DNA of 64,000 bases from Paraspadella gotoi (GCA_051294375.1 CM119271.1:738721-802720); one strand, 5' to 3'; positions 22,901 to 34,974 are shown, numbered from the stretch's first letter. Program-made: numbers and translations. The notes: generated by a model not told the origin, from the sequence alone.

Positions 22901-25120
22901 TTATGTCAAGGGATCATAGATATTTTCGTGAGACAGCGACGGACAATTGGTTTTTTGCATATAGGTTCGGGGTAGTCGGTAGTTTTTTTCGCTTTACATT
23001 TAATTTGCCTTTGCATTACATAGTTGTCATTTTCGGACAGTTATCAACTCTGTTGGTTTCAGCTAAAGAATAAAATCAATAAATGGCGGTGACATACTCG
23101 CGCTCTTCGTCGAGACAATTTAGGTCGGGGTGAGTGCAAAGGGGCGAACCGTAGCTTATTTAGTATAAATGCTAGACCGCAGCGACCTAAACCTTTATCT
23201 TACAGATTCAAACGCTGAACCTACGTAAAAGTTTCATGAAAGTTTTAATCTGTTTCACGTCACCTACCTCGTTAATCTTTCCTCCCTACCTTCACCTTCA
23301 ATAGGCCATTGCATCCGCTACATGTACAAAGTGACTCTGGGCATCCAATGCTTCGGCAGCAGCGCCACTCGTCACATGCGACTGCCCTTCCGAGTCCTTA
23401 CATTGGAAGGCCTCCAGGAGAACATGCGCTCGCTCCACGACTCGGCCTCCGACGAGGATGAGGAGAAGATAACGCCCACTTCCAACCCTTTCCTCATGAA
23501 TATCTCGCCCAAGGTGAGTTAGATCTTTTTACTCTCTACTGATCCAAGGAAAATGACCTGAATGAAAGGCCCCTAATTTGTTCGTCCGGTATAAAGAGAC
23601 TTTCACCAACGGCTTGTTAATTAATTGACGACCAAATCTGTTATAAAATATAAACTTGAGACAAAATAAGTTTTTTTATTGGCAACAAAGATAAAAATAA
23701 ACAATCGTTGTTTTGTTTATTTTGTCTCTAATCTCAAACACAATGAATCGAAAGTAAATTTTACACAATGCCCACCAAAATATAAACTGTAATTAATTTT
23801 ATAGGTGGAAGTCTTGGAGACGGCGAATCGCATCCTGACTTCGATCACCGCTCGTCGCTCCCCTAACTCTTACAACATTTCTCACACTAATGGAGGAAAG
23901 GTGAGACTCGAATCGTTCGTTAAACGAGGCAGGAAATATAGGGGGTCACTGGATAACATTTTTATATCGTATTGACCAGGTTGGAAAGTTCACCCTGTTG
24001 AAGCACGCTTTCAAACTCGGCGAAGACATCGTGGGCCTCTTTGACATGACAGACGCGACGGTCACGTGTGTTCAGTATCTCGTGTCGCTTCAATGCGAGG
24101 AGGAGCCGTCACAGGACATACTCTTGGAGGGTGTGTGCTCATCGGCACACTTGCAAGGTTGGTGTGAGAGTGGACTGTTAGTGAGGCTTTTTAATCGTTT
24201 TGTCGAAGTGTTTTTGTTGTTTGACCAATCTTGGTTTCCGGAACTTCGGACCCGGTTGCTACGGACTTGCTACCGGTTGCTCTTTTGCACTCTTTTGCAA
24301 AGCCCGTTTCGACATTCTGAGATGTGCACTGTGCATTCTGAGATGTGCACTGTGTTTTCTGAGATGTGCATTGTGCAGTGATATTACGTCACTACAGTTT
24401 CCTCATCCCCCACTTCCCACCTAACCCTCAACCCAGTCTCCACCCACGCCCGTCAACGTCTCTTCTGTCTCCACGTCGCCTCCTCCTCCGTCTCTCTCCC
24501 CATCCCCCTCCACGCCACGCCCACCTTCGTCTCCGACTCAGTCTGCCTCCGTTGGAAGCTCCACTTCGAATTCGTGACGGCGCCGACGTCGCCGCCGGAC
24601 GAGGCCTTTCCGGCCAACGAGGATGGCGCCGTCGTGGAGAATTGGGTCCTGCCCGCTAAACTGCAGGTGGAGACGATGGTGAGTTTCCAGAAGACGGCTG
24701 CGGTTGGGGGGGGGGAGGAGAGGAAGGGTGGTGATTTGGTGTTTCGATGTAAATCTCGATGGGAAAGTTAAGATGAAGCAAAAACGAAAAAGGTTTTTAT
24801 TGAATTGATTTAATAAATATGAGAGAAGATTTAATTTATTTATCAATCGGAAATATTAGTTACTAGATTTGCCATATGTACTTATGAGTTTATGAAAAAG
24901 GGATTCCTTTAATGATAAATATTTGTTAATGAATTGACGCGCACCGTCGATCCGCTGAAACGATCGGTATGACGCCGATCACTCCGCCGCTTCAACGTCG
25001 ATCCTCTTTCCCTTTCGCTCGCAGGTCTGGGATCTGCCCATCAAAATCTACCCGACGGATCCGATCCAGGTCATGGGGGCCTCCTCCGTCGTCTCGTCCA
25101 AACTCTTGGCTATTCGTTAA
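13351..25120 (+). CDS. RGP1: RGP1, RAB6 GEF complex partner (arrestin-like fold; ~453 aa, 6 exons, 9.4-kb first intron)
   Basis: Exons 13351-13879, 23305-23513, 23805-23900, 23980-24130, 24398-24678 (alternative same-phase acceptor at 24437) and 25025-25120 join in frame. Motifs: RGAVYLAGEEVRC, IAWASIQIH, EPKILCCE, LPPTFKG|HCIRYMYKVTLGIQ, KHAFKLGEDIVG, LRWKLHFEFVT, VETMVWDLPIKIYPT. Confidence 0.9.
14234..22347 (+). CDS. Unnamed protein with four tandem divergent RRM-like repeats (~385 aa, 9 exons), nested in RGP1 intron 1 on the same strand
   Basis: Exons 14234-14267, 14332-14522, 14810-15028, 15111-15233, 15305-15481, 16787-16938, 17012-17100, 21970-22094 and 22300-22347 have GT-AG boundaries and total 1158 nt without internal stops. 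The repeat unit is RQ(I/L)(K/R)...F.AGG.V..(V/I)Y.L..WTF(I/V/L)(E/Q)(Y/F)...A.A.F......RT.EL, seen four times with variation. Confidence 0.8.
17592..18203 (+). mobile_element. ~610-bp MITE, family D, 7-bp TSD
   Basis: GCTAAGG|TAGAGCCAAACTTCG...GGTCGGCTCCCGCTA|GCTAAGG. Near-identical copies at 36826-37429 and 30902-31527. Confidence 0.85.
18500..19250. repeat. Low-complexity ACG/GAA/AAC-rich tract inside the TTAA element
   Basis: Runs of GACGAAAACGACGACGAAGA-type units that generate the spurious T/K-rich and F/S/V-rich ORFs. Confidence 0.75.
19513..19552 (+). ncRNA. Decayed hammerhead copy
   Basis: ACG-CTGATGA-A-GGCTT-gcattca-AAGCA-GAAA-CGTTTC. It is preceded by the CT-rich body and followed by AAAATTCGTTGTA, as in other copies. 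Confidence 0.6.
20720..20760 (-). ncRNA. Strongly decayed hammerhead copy
   Basis: Minus strand TTGATGA-A-GGTT...AACC-AAAA-CATATC-CG. Confidence 0.4.
20990..21092. repeat. Degenerate CCCTAA/CCTTAAC tandem tract
   Basis: TTACCCTTAACTTACCCCTAACTTACCCTTAACCCTAAC... Confidence 0.7.
24313..24375. repeat. 3 x 21-bp tandem repeat in RGP1 intron 4
   Basis: CATTCTGAGATGTGCACTGTG twice, then TTTTCTGAGATGTGCATTGTG. Confidence 0.85.
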
Positions 25121-26661
25121 AAACAAAGGCCAGCCCGCTATCGATTTACTGACTACGTCGAGATTTGATTATAAAATATTTATGTAAACTTAAGAAAAAT
25201 TCGCACGTTTAAGTTTTTTCAACAATTTTATATTTTAAAATTTTTTTTTTTAAATTTCGTTCTGTGCAAAAAAAAAACTCTTAAAAACTTATGAATGATA
25301 AATATAGATTTTGAAATGAGAAAACCATATGTGTAAGTTAAAAGAAAATCGATCCAGGCATTCAAGAGTGATAGCTCCCGAAAGATAAGTGGTCAAAAAC
25401 ATTCGTCATTTGAGTCGCTTCCACATTTTTGAAAATCTGCTAAAAACCGAAAATATTTATGGGCATTGTATTTATGTTTTTAAAAAAATTGTGAATGGGA
25501 AATAAGAATTTTTTGAAAAAGAAATCTATTTGTATAACTTAAAAAAAATTGGTTCAGTCATTCCAGAGCTACAGCACCTTAAACACGAGGTTAAAAATAC
25601 CTTCATTTTTTTCTGCTCTAACAATCTGTTTGAGTACTTAGTAATTGTAACTGAGTAGTTACTTTTAAAAAATCACTGCTTAGTAACGTATAGCCATGGA
25701 TTAACCAAATTTACATTAATTGTTCCTTTTTCCATAAATATTCACTGAATCTAACTTGATTTATTTTCATAATGCTTTTGGGTGTCCTCTTTTTTTTGCA
25801 CAGGACTGTAGATGACCATCTGAAACCCGCCGCTATAAAATATTCACCAAACCAAAACGAAGATATTTTAAAATTTTTGATAGAGATATTTAAAGACATT
25901 TTATGTATAAATATCATGTCCCTCGGTTTACGTTTACTTAAACAATGAGAGGTAAAAGTTGGCTTGGAAAATGATCTCTCCTCTCAATAGCTTAATATTT
26001 GTGCGTGAAAAATTTTAGATCCACTTTAAGGACTATTTATAAAAACTTGTAATTTAAAAAAAAAATTTTGCCCTCAGTTTTTCATCTTTGACTCATATCC
26101 AAAAAGCAAGAATTATTCCATTAATTAATCAATAAGTCTCTCAATCTAGGTGTCCAATCAAAGACCAAGCTGAATCTTGAATTGATTTTATTCTATTATT
26201 TTTTTATTTTTGATTCGAATCAGTTTTAAAAACAATAAAAGTCAGCTTTCAATTTCTCGAGTAAGATAAAACTGACTTATGGCACAAAAGTAGTAATTTC
26301 ATCATTTTCCCGTCATTTTTATGCAGATATTTTTGTTATCTACTAAAAGCTAAGATCAAGTAGATTCTGAATATGTTGTTGGTTTTAATCTACAATGTAG
26401 ATGTTGAATGTAGATTCTACATTCAACATCTACATTCAACTGTTCTCTCGTAATAACGGCGCGAATATAGTCCAGAAAGAGCTCGAAAACGTATAAGAGG
26501 CGGAGAGTGAGAAAATCTGCACTTTCTGCACCAAGCATAGCGAGAGAGAGCGAGAGAGAAAGAGAGAGAGAGAAAGTCGATTGAAAAGCGGAGACGACAT
26601 TTCGTTCAACGAGCTGCTTTTGCTGACCAATCCTGGTTTTTAACTATGAGTATTCAAGGCG

Positions 26662-26663
<2 letters not shown>

Positions 26664-26723
<60 letters not shown>
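26664..26723. repeat. (GA)n microsatellite
   Basis: About 30 GA units. Complementary (CT)n tracts lie at about 27235-27279 and 27989-28055, and another (GA)n at about 13890-13940. Confidence 0.95.
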
Positions 26724-26725
<2 letters not shown>

Positions 26726-27227
26726 GCGGATGTCCAAACCGGAGGCTGAACTCCGCTCGGCGCAGAAAGTGTATTGACCAGAAAATGGCCATTTACTGTT
26801 GAGGGGAAGAGCCCTTTGGCCTCGTGGGTAAGTCGCGGTTGAACGAGGGACCACGAGGTGAAAACTCCCAATGTTTTTTAATTAAAAACGCCATTTTTAT
26901 TATTTATAACTTTGTCAAATTTTGTTAAATTCACTAAAATTTTTATAATTTGTCATATTTCATTTTCACGCGCTCTCTTCCGACTTGAAATGATTTTTTT
27001 TTCCCTTCCTTAACGACTTTCGCCTCGATTCGTCCTGCGAAAAAATAAAGAGCCTCCGATGTAGTTGTCTCTCACCGGCGCGCCCGGCCTTGTCGGCGCT
27101 GCAAAGCATAACACCTTCCCTCCCCTTTCATACTAAGTGGCAATAACGACGATGGCTAAAAATTGGTGGTTCGCTTCGCAACCAAAGCCGCTCGTCTTCT
27201 TTTATTCCCTGCTAGTTGTCTCGCTGG

Positions 27228-27281
<54 letters not shown>

Positions 27282-27986
27282 GCCTGCTGCCATTCGACAC
27301 TTGGAAGCCTCCGCACGTAATAATCCGTGGCATATATATTCCTCACATTCTCGTTCATCGCATTAAAACCTCTTTCCTTCGCTTCCCGCATCGGTTGCGC
27401 GGTTTTTCTTGGCTTTTCTTACATTTCTTATTTTTTTCATTGTTGTATAAAACAACTGGAACCCGGACATTTTTTCTCGCGTGCAAAGAAACAGCGAACC
27501 TTCATTGTAAACCTGAAAAGCATCGAGAGTCGAGAATCATTTTCATACATCTCTCTCTCTCTCTCTGGCTCGCTCGCTGAACCGTTTAGCAGAATGCAGG
27601 ATCTCTGTCGATCAGAGAGCCCAGCTCGTGCCCTCTTCCTGCCCTCTTCCTGAATCCGTTGGGATACATCGCTATGTACGTTTAAAAATTTTGCCAAATT
27701 CTTTAGAATCGTTTTATTTTTATTTATTTTTTTTCATTTTCAATTGTATTCGATTATTATTTGGAAGGAAAAAAGTTTGATTTTGCTTTTAAATACAGTA
27801 GGTTTTTGTTTGAAGATTTATTACTATTTAACACAAGGAAAACGGTGTGGCCGTTGCAGGAATCGGCGTTATATCTCGGCTTTCAACTATCCGGGCTCTC
27901 TCTCTCTATTTCCCTCTCTCTTTCTCTCTCGCTGCTTCTCTCTCTCCCTTCGGCTTGGCGTCTGCCTGTTTCTCATTTTCTGTGGC

Positions 27987-28057
<71 letters not shown>

Positions 28058-29260
28058 GCGCCTCTGCCGCTTTGTTCTCCCTCCTGCCTCACTGCCTCTC
28101 TCTCTCTCTCTGCTGCCCACAAACATCCGAGGATTTTTACAAAAATAAAAAAACCTTTATTGCGTTTAACTTTTATAATTTTACTTTACGTTTGCTCCGC
28201 TGAATTCTGTCCCACATTTTATATTGGTTAACAAAAATCCTAGACTCGTCGAAAATATTAAATGTTGGTTTTAAAAATCTGAAGTACATGGTGACAATTT
28301 TACAAGCGCCGGTAAAAAAACTGTCATTTGCAAACCAGTAGTTATTTCATTGATTTTAAAAATTAGTTGAGTAGAAAATATTAAAATCATTTGTTGAAAT
28401 TTTATATTGATCAGTTAAGATATGCCTTACCTAGCGGTAGCCGACCAAATTCAAATTTTGATGGGAACAGAAATAAACAAATCCATTATTGGTATTAGTT
28501 ATTGTGTTAAAATATTTTGGGTAACTTTACAATTCGACGTTCGCAACCTACTTTAGGTACCAGCGGTCGGTGCTTTGTTAATCAATTTAATTTTGTTTTC
28601 CCTCTAGCGTCGAGTCTTAGTTTGCACAGTAATATCCAATTTTTTTAATAAATAATAATTGTTCTAAATTTATTTTAATTGATATTTTTATATATTATGC
28701 TCAATCGAAAATTGACATTTTTAAAAAATTAAAAAAATTTTAAAATTTTTTTAAAAAAAATTTAATATTACTCCATATTCCATATATAAATTTTTTAATA
28801 TTTATTTATTTATAAATAGGAAAGGCTAAAAATTATTTTAGGATTTTTTTATTTTTAAGATAAGATTCAGGTAGCTTGCAAAAAGTTGTCTACACAAAGT
28901 ATAATTCTTTTTTCGATATTTTGATCATAAGTGGGTGACAAATATGAAAAACTATTTATAATCATCATCATCATCAACTTTCGATAATTTGATTACTTTT
29001 TCTTAATTTTGACCAAGAAAACAAACAATTTTGAAAGTTGTAATTATACTTTTTATTTAACTTTTTATGCTCTATCAGAATTCATCAAAAAAAGTTAAGA
29101 TTGATTAAAACAAATTTTTATCATTATATAGTAATATTGTAATTTTGATAGCAACAATAAAAGCATTAAAATTGAACTTTTTTTAAAAATTCTTTTTTTA
29201 CCTGAAAATAGTCTTCAAGACTAAAGTTTTGAATTTAATTTCATAGTATATTTCTAATAT

Positions 29261-29403
29261 AAGCCTTCATCAGCGCGAAAAGAATTGATTTGTGAAACAA
29301 ATATTTTTACAGACTCTCTTCAAATATTGTAAAAATATTTGTTTCACTAATAAAATTCGTTTTTGCGCTTATGAAGGCTTACATTGAAGCCGGAATATGT
29401 CCG
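29261..29403 (+). mobile_element. Inverted duplication of the hammerhead element with a decayed ribozyme
   Basis: Arms 29261-29311 and 29328-29380 are reverse complements. The right arm continues CTTATGA-A-GGCTT-acattg-AAGCC-GGAA-TATGTC-CG. Confidence 0.6.
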
Positions 29404-30141
29404 AAATTTATATTTATAAATAAAACTCGTTGTATATAAACAATTCATTTTTTACTTTAAACAAATAACTAAAATGAAAGTAAAATAAATAATATTTATT
29501 AAAAATTTAAAAAAATTACTAAAATCATCGGATGAAAATGATGATTTTTTAAGGTTTTTTAACTAACTGATCATGAAAATATTAAAAAAAGAATTATACT
29601 TTATGAAACAACTTTTCATAAGTTATCTGAATCTGCTTTTAAAAATTCAAAATTCAAAAAAAAAAATTTTATTATTTTTATCTATAAATAAATATTAAAA
29701 AATTACTTATTAGTGTTTCTAGCCATTTTAAAAAAAATTTGGTCCATTTAACTTTTAGCACTTTTTTAAACAAAGTATTTATTAAGATATTAACAATATT
29801 AATATGTTCAGAAAGAACTTATGAAGAAAGAAACATTCTTTGAAATATTATACCACTTCATTGATAGGGAAGCCAGGTACTCTGGGAGTGAATAAATGAG
29901 ACTGTGAGAGAGTCTTGATTGAAAGCTTACAGGGACCTGCTATGTCATTATCTTGTAAGAGTGATGGAGGCCTTAAACCACCAAAGCCTGTCCAAAGTCA
30001 GGGTCAAGATAGCTTATTTATTAAATGAATGGATAATTTTTATATTGGTTGTACCAATTTCATATGAAGAGAATGATATACTTTAAAGTGTTAAAAGTGA
30101 ATAATCTAAAATTTAAAATATTTTTTTAAAATATATGACCT

Positions 30142-30758
30142 AGTAAAGATCGAGCGCGGAATTTCTCTTGAATTACAAAAATGTAAATAATATTACCGGC
30201 CTAAAATTCCATTCCCTTTTATTTTCATAACAAGTAGTTCTTATAAAAGGCATTGTAATTTTATTTCTTCACGCATTCCTCCGATGTTATACTAAAAATA
30301 AACTCCCATTCATTTTCTTTTGGTGTCGAATTCTTATTACTTTAAATTCAGTACTCCACTTGGTGGCAGCGGTGGGATTCGAACCCTCGCCTCCGAAGAG
30401 ACTAGATCTAAAATTGTTAGCTTATGAAATTTTTTTTTGAAAGAGTGAGAAATTAAAATTTGAAACTGCTCCTTTTATATATTCGCGTATTCATTGGCCG
30501 GTAAATTTAAAGTATTATTTTGGCTAAAAGTTTTATTTTTTAACCCTGAGTAATTTATAGTATCATTTTAAGAATATTATTTTGTCTTTTGAAATTCTAG
30601 TAGCATGGCCGAGTAAAGATCGAGCGCGGAATTTCTCTTTAATTACAAAAATGTAAATAATATTCCCTACCTAAAATTCCATTCCCTTTTATTCTCATAA
30701 GTAGTTCTTATAAAAGGCATTCTAATTTTATTTCTTCACGCATTCCTCCGATGTTATA
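30142..30758. repeat. ~150-bp direct repeat pair (30142-30290, 30612-30758)
   Basis: AGTAAAGATCGAGCGCGGAATTTCTC...CATTCCTCCGATGTTATA occurs twice with few differences. Confidence 0.85.
30361..30405 (-). pseudogene. 3' half of a tRNA-Leu ending in CCA
   Basis: Minus strand CTAGTCTCTTCGGAGGCGAGGGTTCGAATCCCACCGCTGCCA-CCA matches the variable arm, T arm and acceptor of metazoan tRNA-Leu(AAG/TAG). The anticodon and D arms are absent. Confidence 0.75.
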
Positions 30759-30901
30759 TTGATTATATTTATTTATTTTTAAATCTATTGATATATTTGT
30801 GCTCGATTTGGTCTTTCTTATGCAATATGCATGAACAAACTTAAAAGTAGGGTATTTATTATAAAAGCTTAACTGAAAGCTGTTTGAAAGTACTATACAA
30901 C

Positions 30902-31527
30902 TAGCGGTAACCGACCAAATTAAAATTTTAATGGGAACAGTGTAGTGGGGTATGAAATACTACCACTACAACAGCATTAAACAAATCCATTATCAGTATT
31001 AGTTATTGTGTTAAAATATTTTTTTTCAAAAATGTTCCGAACCATGAGTAATTCGTTAATTAAAATTATTATATTGCTATATAATGTCAAAAATTTTTTT
31101 TAGATATTTTAAGTTTTTTTAATTGATTCTGATAGAGCTCAAACAGTTAAACAAAAAATGTAATTATAACTTTTTAAAATTTTGATTTTTTTTATTAAAA
31201 ATTAGCAAAAACTATTAAAATCATCGGATGATGATGATGATGATTTTTTTAGGTTTTTCCCAATTCTGACCCACTTATCATCAAAATATTGAAAAAAGAA
31301 TTATACTTTGTGTAGACAACTTTTAATAAGCTATCTGAATCTGCTTTTAAAAATACAAAATACATTTCCTATCTATAAATAAATATTAAAAAATTAATTA
31401 CTAGTGCTTCTAGCCATTTTAGAAAATTTTGGTCCATTGAAAGTTTTCTCAGAAATGTATGAAGTTTCATTTGGGAAGGTTCCCAAATCAAACTTCTGAC
31501 CCACCCCATTGGCAAAGTTTGGCTCTA
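30902..31527 (-). mobile_element. Family D MITE (inverted)
   Basis: ATACAAC|TAGCGGTAACCGACC...AAAGTTTGGCTCTA|ATACTAC (TSD matches 6 of 7). Confidence 0.85.
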
Positions 31528-34500
31528 ATACTACTTATTAAAGTTGTTATTTTGTTATTTTAATTAAAAAATATAAGTGTGCGCGTGTAAAACGCGAAAT
31601 CTGATTAACGACACTGTGATAATCAGTTAAAGCACTAAAAGTTGTACAAGAAACTTCACAGTGTGGCTAAAATTTTCGGTTGTATGGTTAAAAAAAAAAC
31701 ATACACTTAAATTGATATTTAACATTGAAAAAATCTTCTTATACCGGCGCTTGTAAAATTGTCGCCATGTATAATACTTGAAATTATTTCTGCTGAAGGG
31801 AACAAGAAAAGAACGTGCGAATTTTCTTTCTTTATTTGAAAACCACATTATATAAATTGTTACCTTTACTTCTGCTTATAAATCTTATTGTTATATATTT
31901 TCAGCATTCGACAGTTTTCAAAAAAAAACAAAAAAAAAAAAAACCCGAGACTAATAGAGCCGGAGGAGCAATCCACCAGCTCGTCTATTTATTACGAACT
32001 ACTCAAAAGTCGCGACGACAAAGTTTCAGTGATACACAAACACCGCGCGATAAATTATCAACGATTTTCGCGAAAAGAAAATACAAATTATAAAAAAAGG
32101 AGACGATTCTACTTATTACTGCGTTCGTCTCGTACTCCGAGTCAGCAGATTATAATTTTAAAATTAGTTGTGGCCCCCACTTTCGGCTTTTCTTTTTATA
32201 TTAATATATAATACTGTTTCCGTTCCAACAATCTCTCTCTCCCTCTCGCGCGGCATCAGAGAAGGCGCCCCCTCACGAGCGGCTCTTCTAATTCTGCCCA
32301 GCGTGTGAATTGGAGAGGAGAAACCTGCCAAAGTCTTGACGGATCGAAAAACAACAACCACATCTACGACGCCGATTTATTCCTCTCGACACCAAAAAAT
32401 TAAAGCTGAAGGCCATCTTCCTGGTCACTGCAGCGCGTCGATAATCTCGCCAGTAAAACAGTCAAATGAATATTAGGATTTATTTCTATTTCTTTTCTGT
32501 CAAAACTAGTTTTTTCGTGGGAAAGATAAATTATATATAATAAATTTTCGCAGCCAAATGAAGTTAAATTTTTTTTCCCCATCCTAATAGTTAACGGACT
32601 AGTGGGGAAAAAATGCGCCTTGACAAACACAGCTTCTTCCAACGAGGAAATGCTCAACACAAAAATTACTACGATGAAAACTTTACAAGCAAATTATTAA
32701 CGACTCATTGAAAAAGAAAACAATCTGACAAAATCAGAACCGAGATCGAGAAGCGGCCGATCTTTATAGCCAAAAGTCGCCATCTTCTCCTCCTTTCGCC
32801 CCCCCCACTCGTTACCTCTTCCTACCCTTCAACCCTCGCCTCTTTCCATGAAATCCTCAAATGTCTGCAATGTGATAAGTCACCAAAAAAAAAACTGCTT
32901 CCCCTCTTAAAATTACCTTCTCTCCTCCCCCTCTCTCTCTCTCCGAAAACGGTGAGAGTGAAATATATACTTAAAATTACCGAGAGGCGTCGCCAACCCT
33001 CGAAAACGCAGCGTCGGTAGGCAATAAGTATCATCGGGAGAAAGAGTGTAAAAGGTGCGAGTCCTGCATTCGACTCTCTCGCCCAGAGAAACATTTCGTT
33101 TCAAAACCCGTAAAAGAGATTCGCGTCTCTTACGATTGCGGTTTTTCTTTTCATTGGTGGTGCGAGTATCTCTGTCCTTCTGCGCCTGCGTGAGCCGCTG
33201 CACCGGATTTTGCAATAACTCGAGTCAAAACCCCAAAAGAAAGCGGCCGAACTCTCGCCTCTCAATACCGGGTCCCCCGATTTCGGAAAGGATCAGAAAC
33301 CTCTGCCCGAGAGAACAAGGTGCCCGCGACGCAAACGCATACCTTTTCATCATACGTCCAAGAATAAAATAAAATCGTAACAAAAACCAAACTCGCCGCT
33401 TTTGTTTTTTTAGAATCCCGTTTCTCGTTCCGTGTTTCTTAGTCGGACGCTTCTGAGCACCGGCTTCTTCCAAAAAAAAAAAAAAAAAAAAAGCAGTGAG
33501 CAAGGCAAAACATCAATTCAATCCGCGCGCTACTTCAGTTTCTCGCGTTTTTTCTCAGCATTCCCGTCATCTAGTCCCTCCGGTTTCTAAATCGTTTCCG
33601 GAGAAATTTAATTGTAGAAACTACACTCACCGAGTGACGATAAATTTCCTTACCAACCACCTTACCTTGATTAAAAATTAACAACTAACATCCGCTGTTG
33701 GAAAAACCAAATATTAAACCCTTTTCTTTCTCAACGAAAAACAATCCTAAATCTCCAACCCCTCAACGCCATCGCGTCTGTATATATATATATACGCACT
33801 TGGCTTAAGATATAAATAAACAATTCAACCCTAAAAAATATATTTTCTTCGGCTCATTGGGATCTCAATCGCTCTCAGTCTTCGGTTCTCGGGAGAGGAT
33901 GCGAGGTCGAACGGAGTTTGAGGCGTCCAACTCGTCTGCCTCAACTTGAGAGATCGCTGAAAAGAAAACAAAATCTAGTTTTTTTTGGTAACTGGAAAAA
34001 AAACTATCTTCGAGTTTATAATCTTTCTTCCTTTGCGAATAAACTTCCGTTGTCTCTTATTATTTTGAAGAAAGTCTTAACGGCGAGTCCCCCTCCCCCT
34101 TCTCGCCACTCTTTTTTCGCGCTACCTCTCCGAACGTTTTCATTTGAGTGAAACGACGGGAAACCTATTCGGCCTCAAACAAAAGGCGACCGGGCGCGCT
34201 AATCCAAAGCTTTAAAACTTGAGCTCGAGATTGTCCTATCCGCCGAATGAACCAGACTTTTCATTAAAAAGGCTTAATTGAAGAAAATACACTGTCAAAG
34301 ATGCAAAACAGTGACGCTCGCTGACTTGTGATTTGGTAAGTTCCAGTTTTTTTAATCTGCTGTTTAATTTTAGACTTGATCGTTCTTAGCCATTTGAAAA
34401 AAAAAAAATTTTAACCTAGAAACGGCAGTTCCAAGTCGTTGCATTTCGTCGTATTTCCAGGTGATCACGTGGTTATTAAAGCGTAGTAAAAATTCTAAAT

Positions 34501-34847
34501 TTAACTTTAATTAAAATTCTAAAAGTGAGGAACGAACAACATTATACTATTGAACACTTATGTATAAAAAATTTTTACAATAAATTTTACAATTTACGCA
34601 GTAGGCTATATTTATACTACTACTAATCCAATAAATATTACAATTTCAAAATAGTTTTTTGTAAGATTTTTTTTTGCAGTTTTGGATTCGTCATGAAAAG
34701 TTGATAAAAAGAAATATAACTTTTTAAAAAAAAACTATTTCATTAAGTTGATCAAATATATAAAAAACTGAAGAGACAGATTATTATTATTGTTATGTAA
34801 TAGTGACAGAACTGTTCAATATAAGCAGTCTCTGAGCTTCGGATCAG

Positions 34848-34974
34848 GCTGTAACACCGTGTTACAGGCGGGTTAAGCGCCCTGTCCCTCTTAATTGCTA
34901 GGCGACCACCGAGCTAGAACCCCGGACCTTTTGGGTTGGGAGGCGAATGACTTGCCTCCGGCACCAATGGCCGC
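34848..34974 (-). mobile_element. tRNA-like head with downstream hairpin (second SINE-like type or tRNA pseudogene)
   Basis: Minus strand GCGGCCA-TTGGTGCCGGAGG...GGGGTTCTAGCTCGG-TGGTCGC has an acceptor-stem pairing and degenerate A/B boxes. Hairpin CTGTAACAC-C-GTGTTACAG at about 34849-34867. Only one copy in the window. Confidence 0.45.

Larger units (their letters stand above)
28287..31769. mobile_element. TA-TSD TIR element with 28-bp TIRs, filled with nested fragments
   Basis: TA|CATGGTGACAATTTTACAAGCGCCGGTA ... TACCGGCGCTTGTAAAATTGTCGCCATG|TA (one mismatch). Confidence 0.75.

Noticed and set aside
26436-28231. SLSLSL and RERERE ORFs
   Set aside because: They are translations of (CT)n/(GA)n microsatellites.
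29820-30015. More complex, coding-looking segment inside the 28287-31769 element
   Set aside because: It has multiple stops in the best frame and no recognisable transposase motif, so I cannot support a call.
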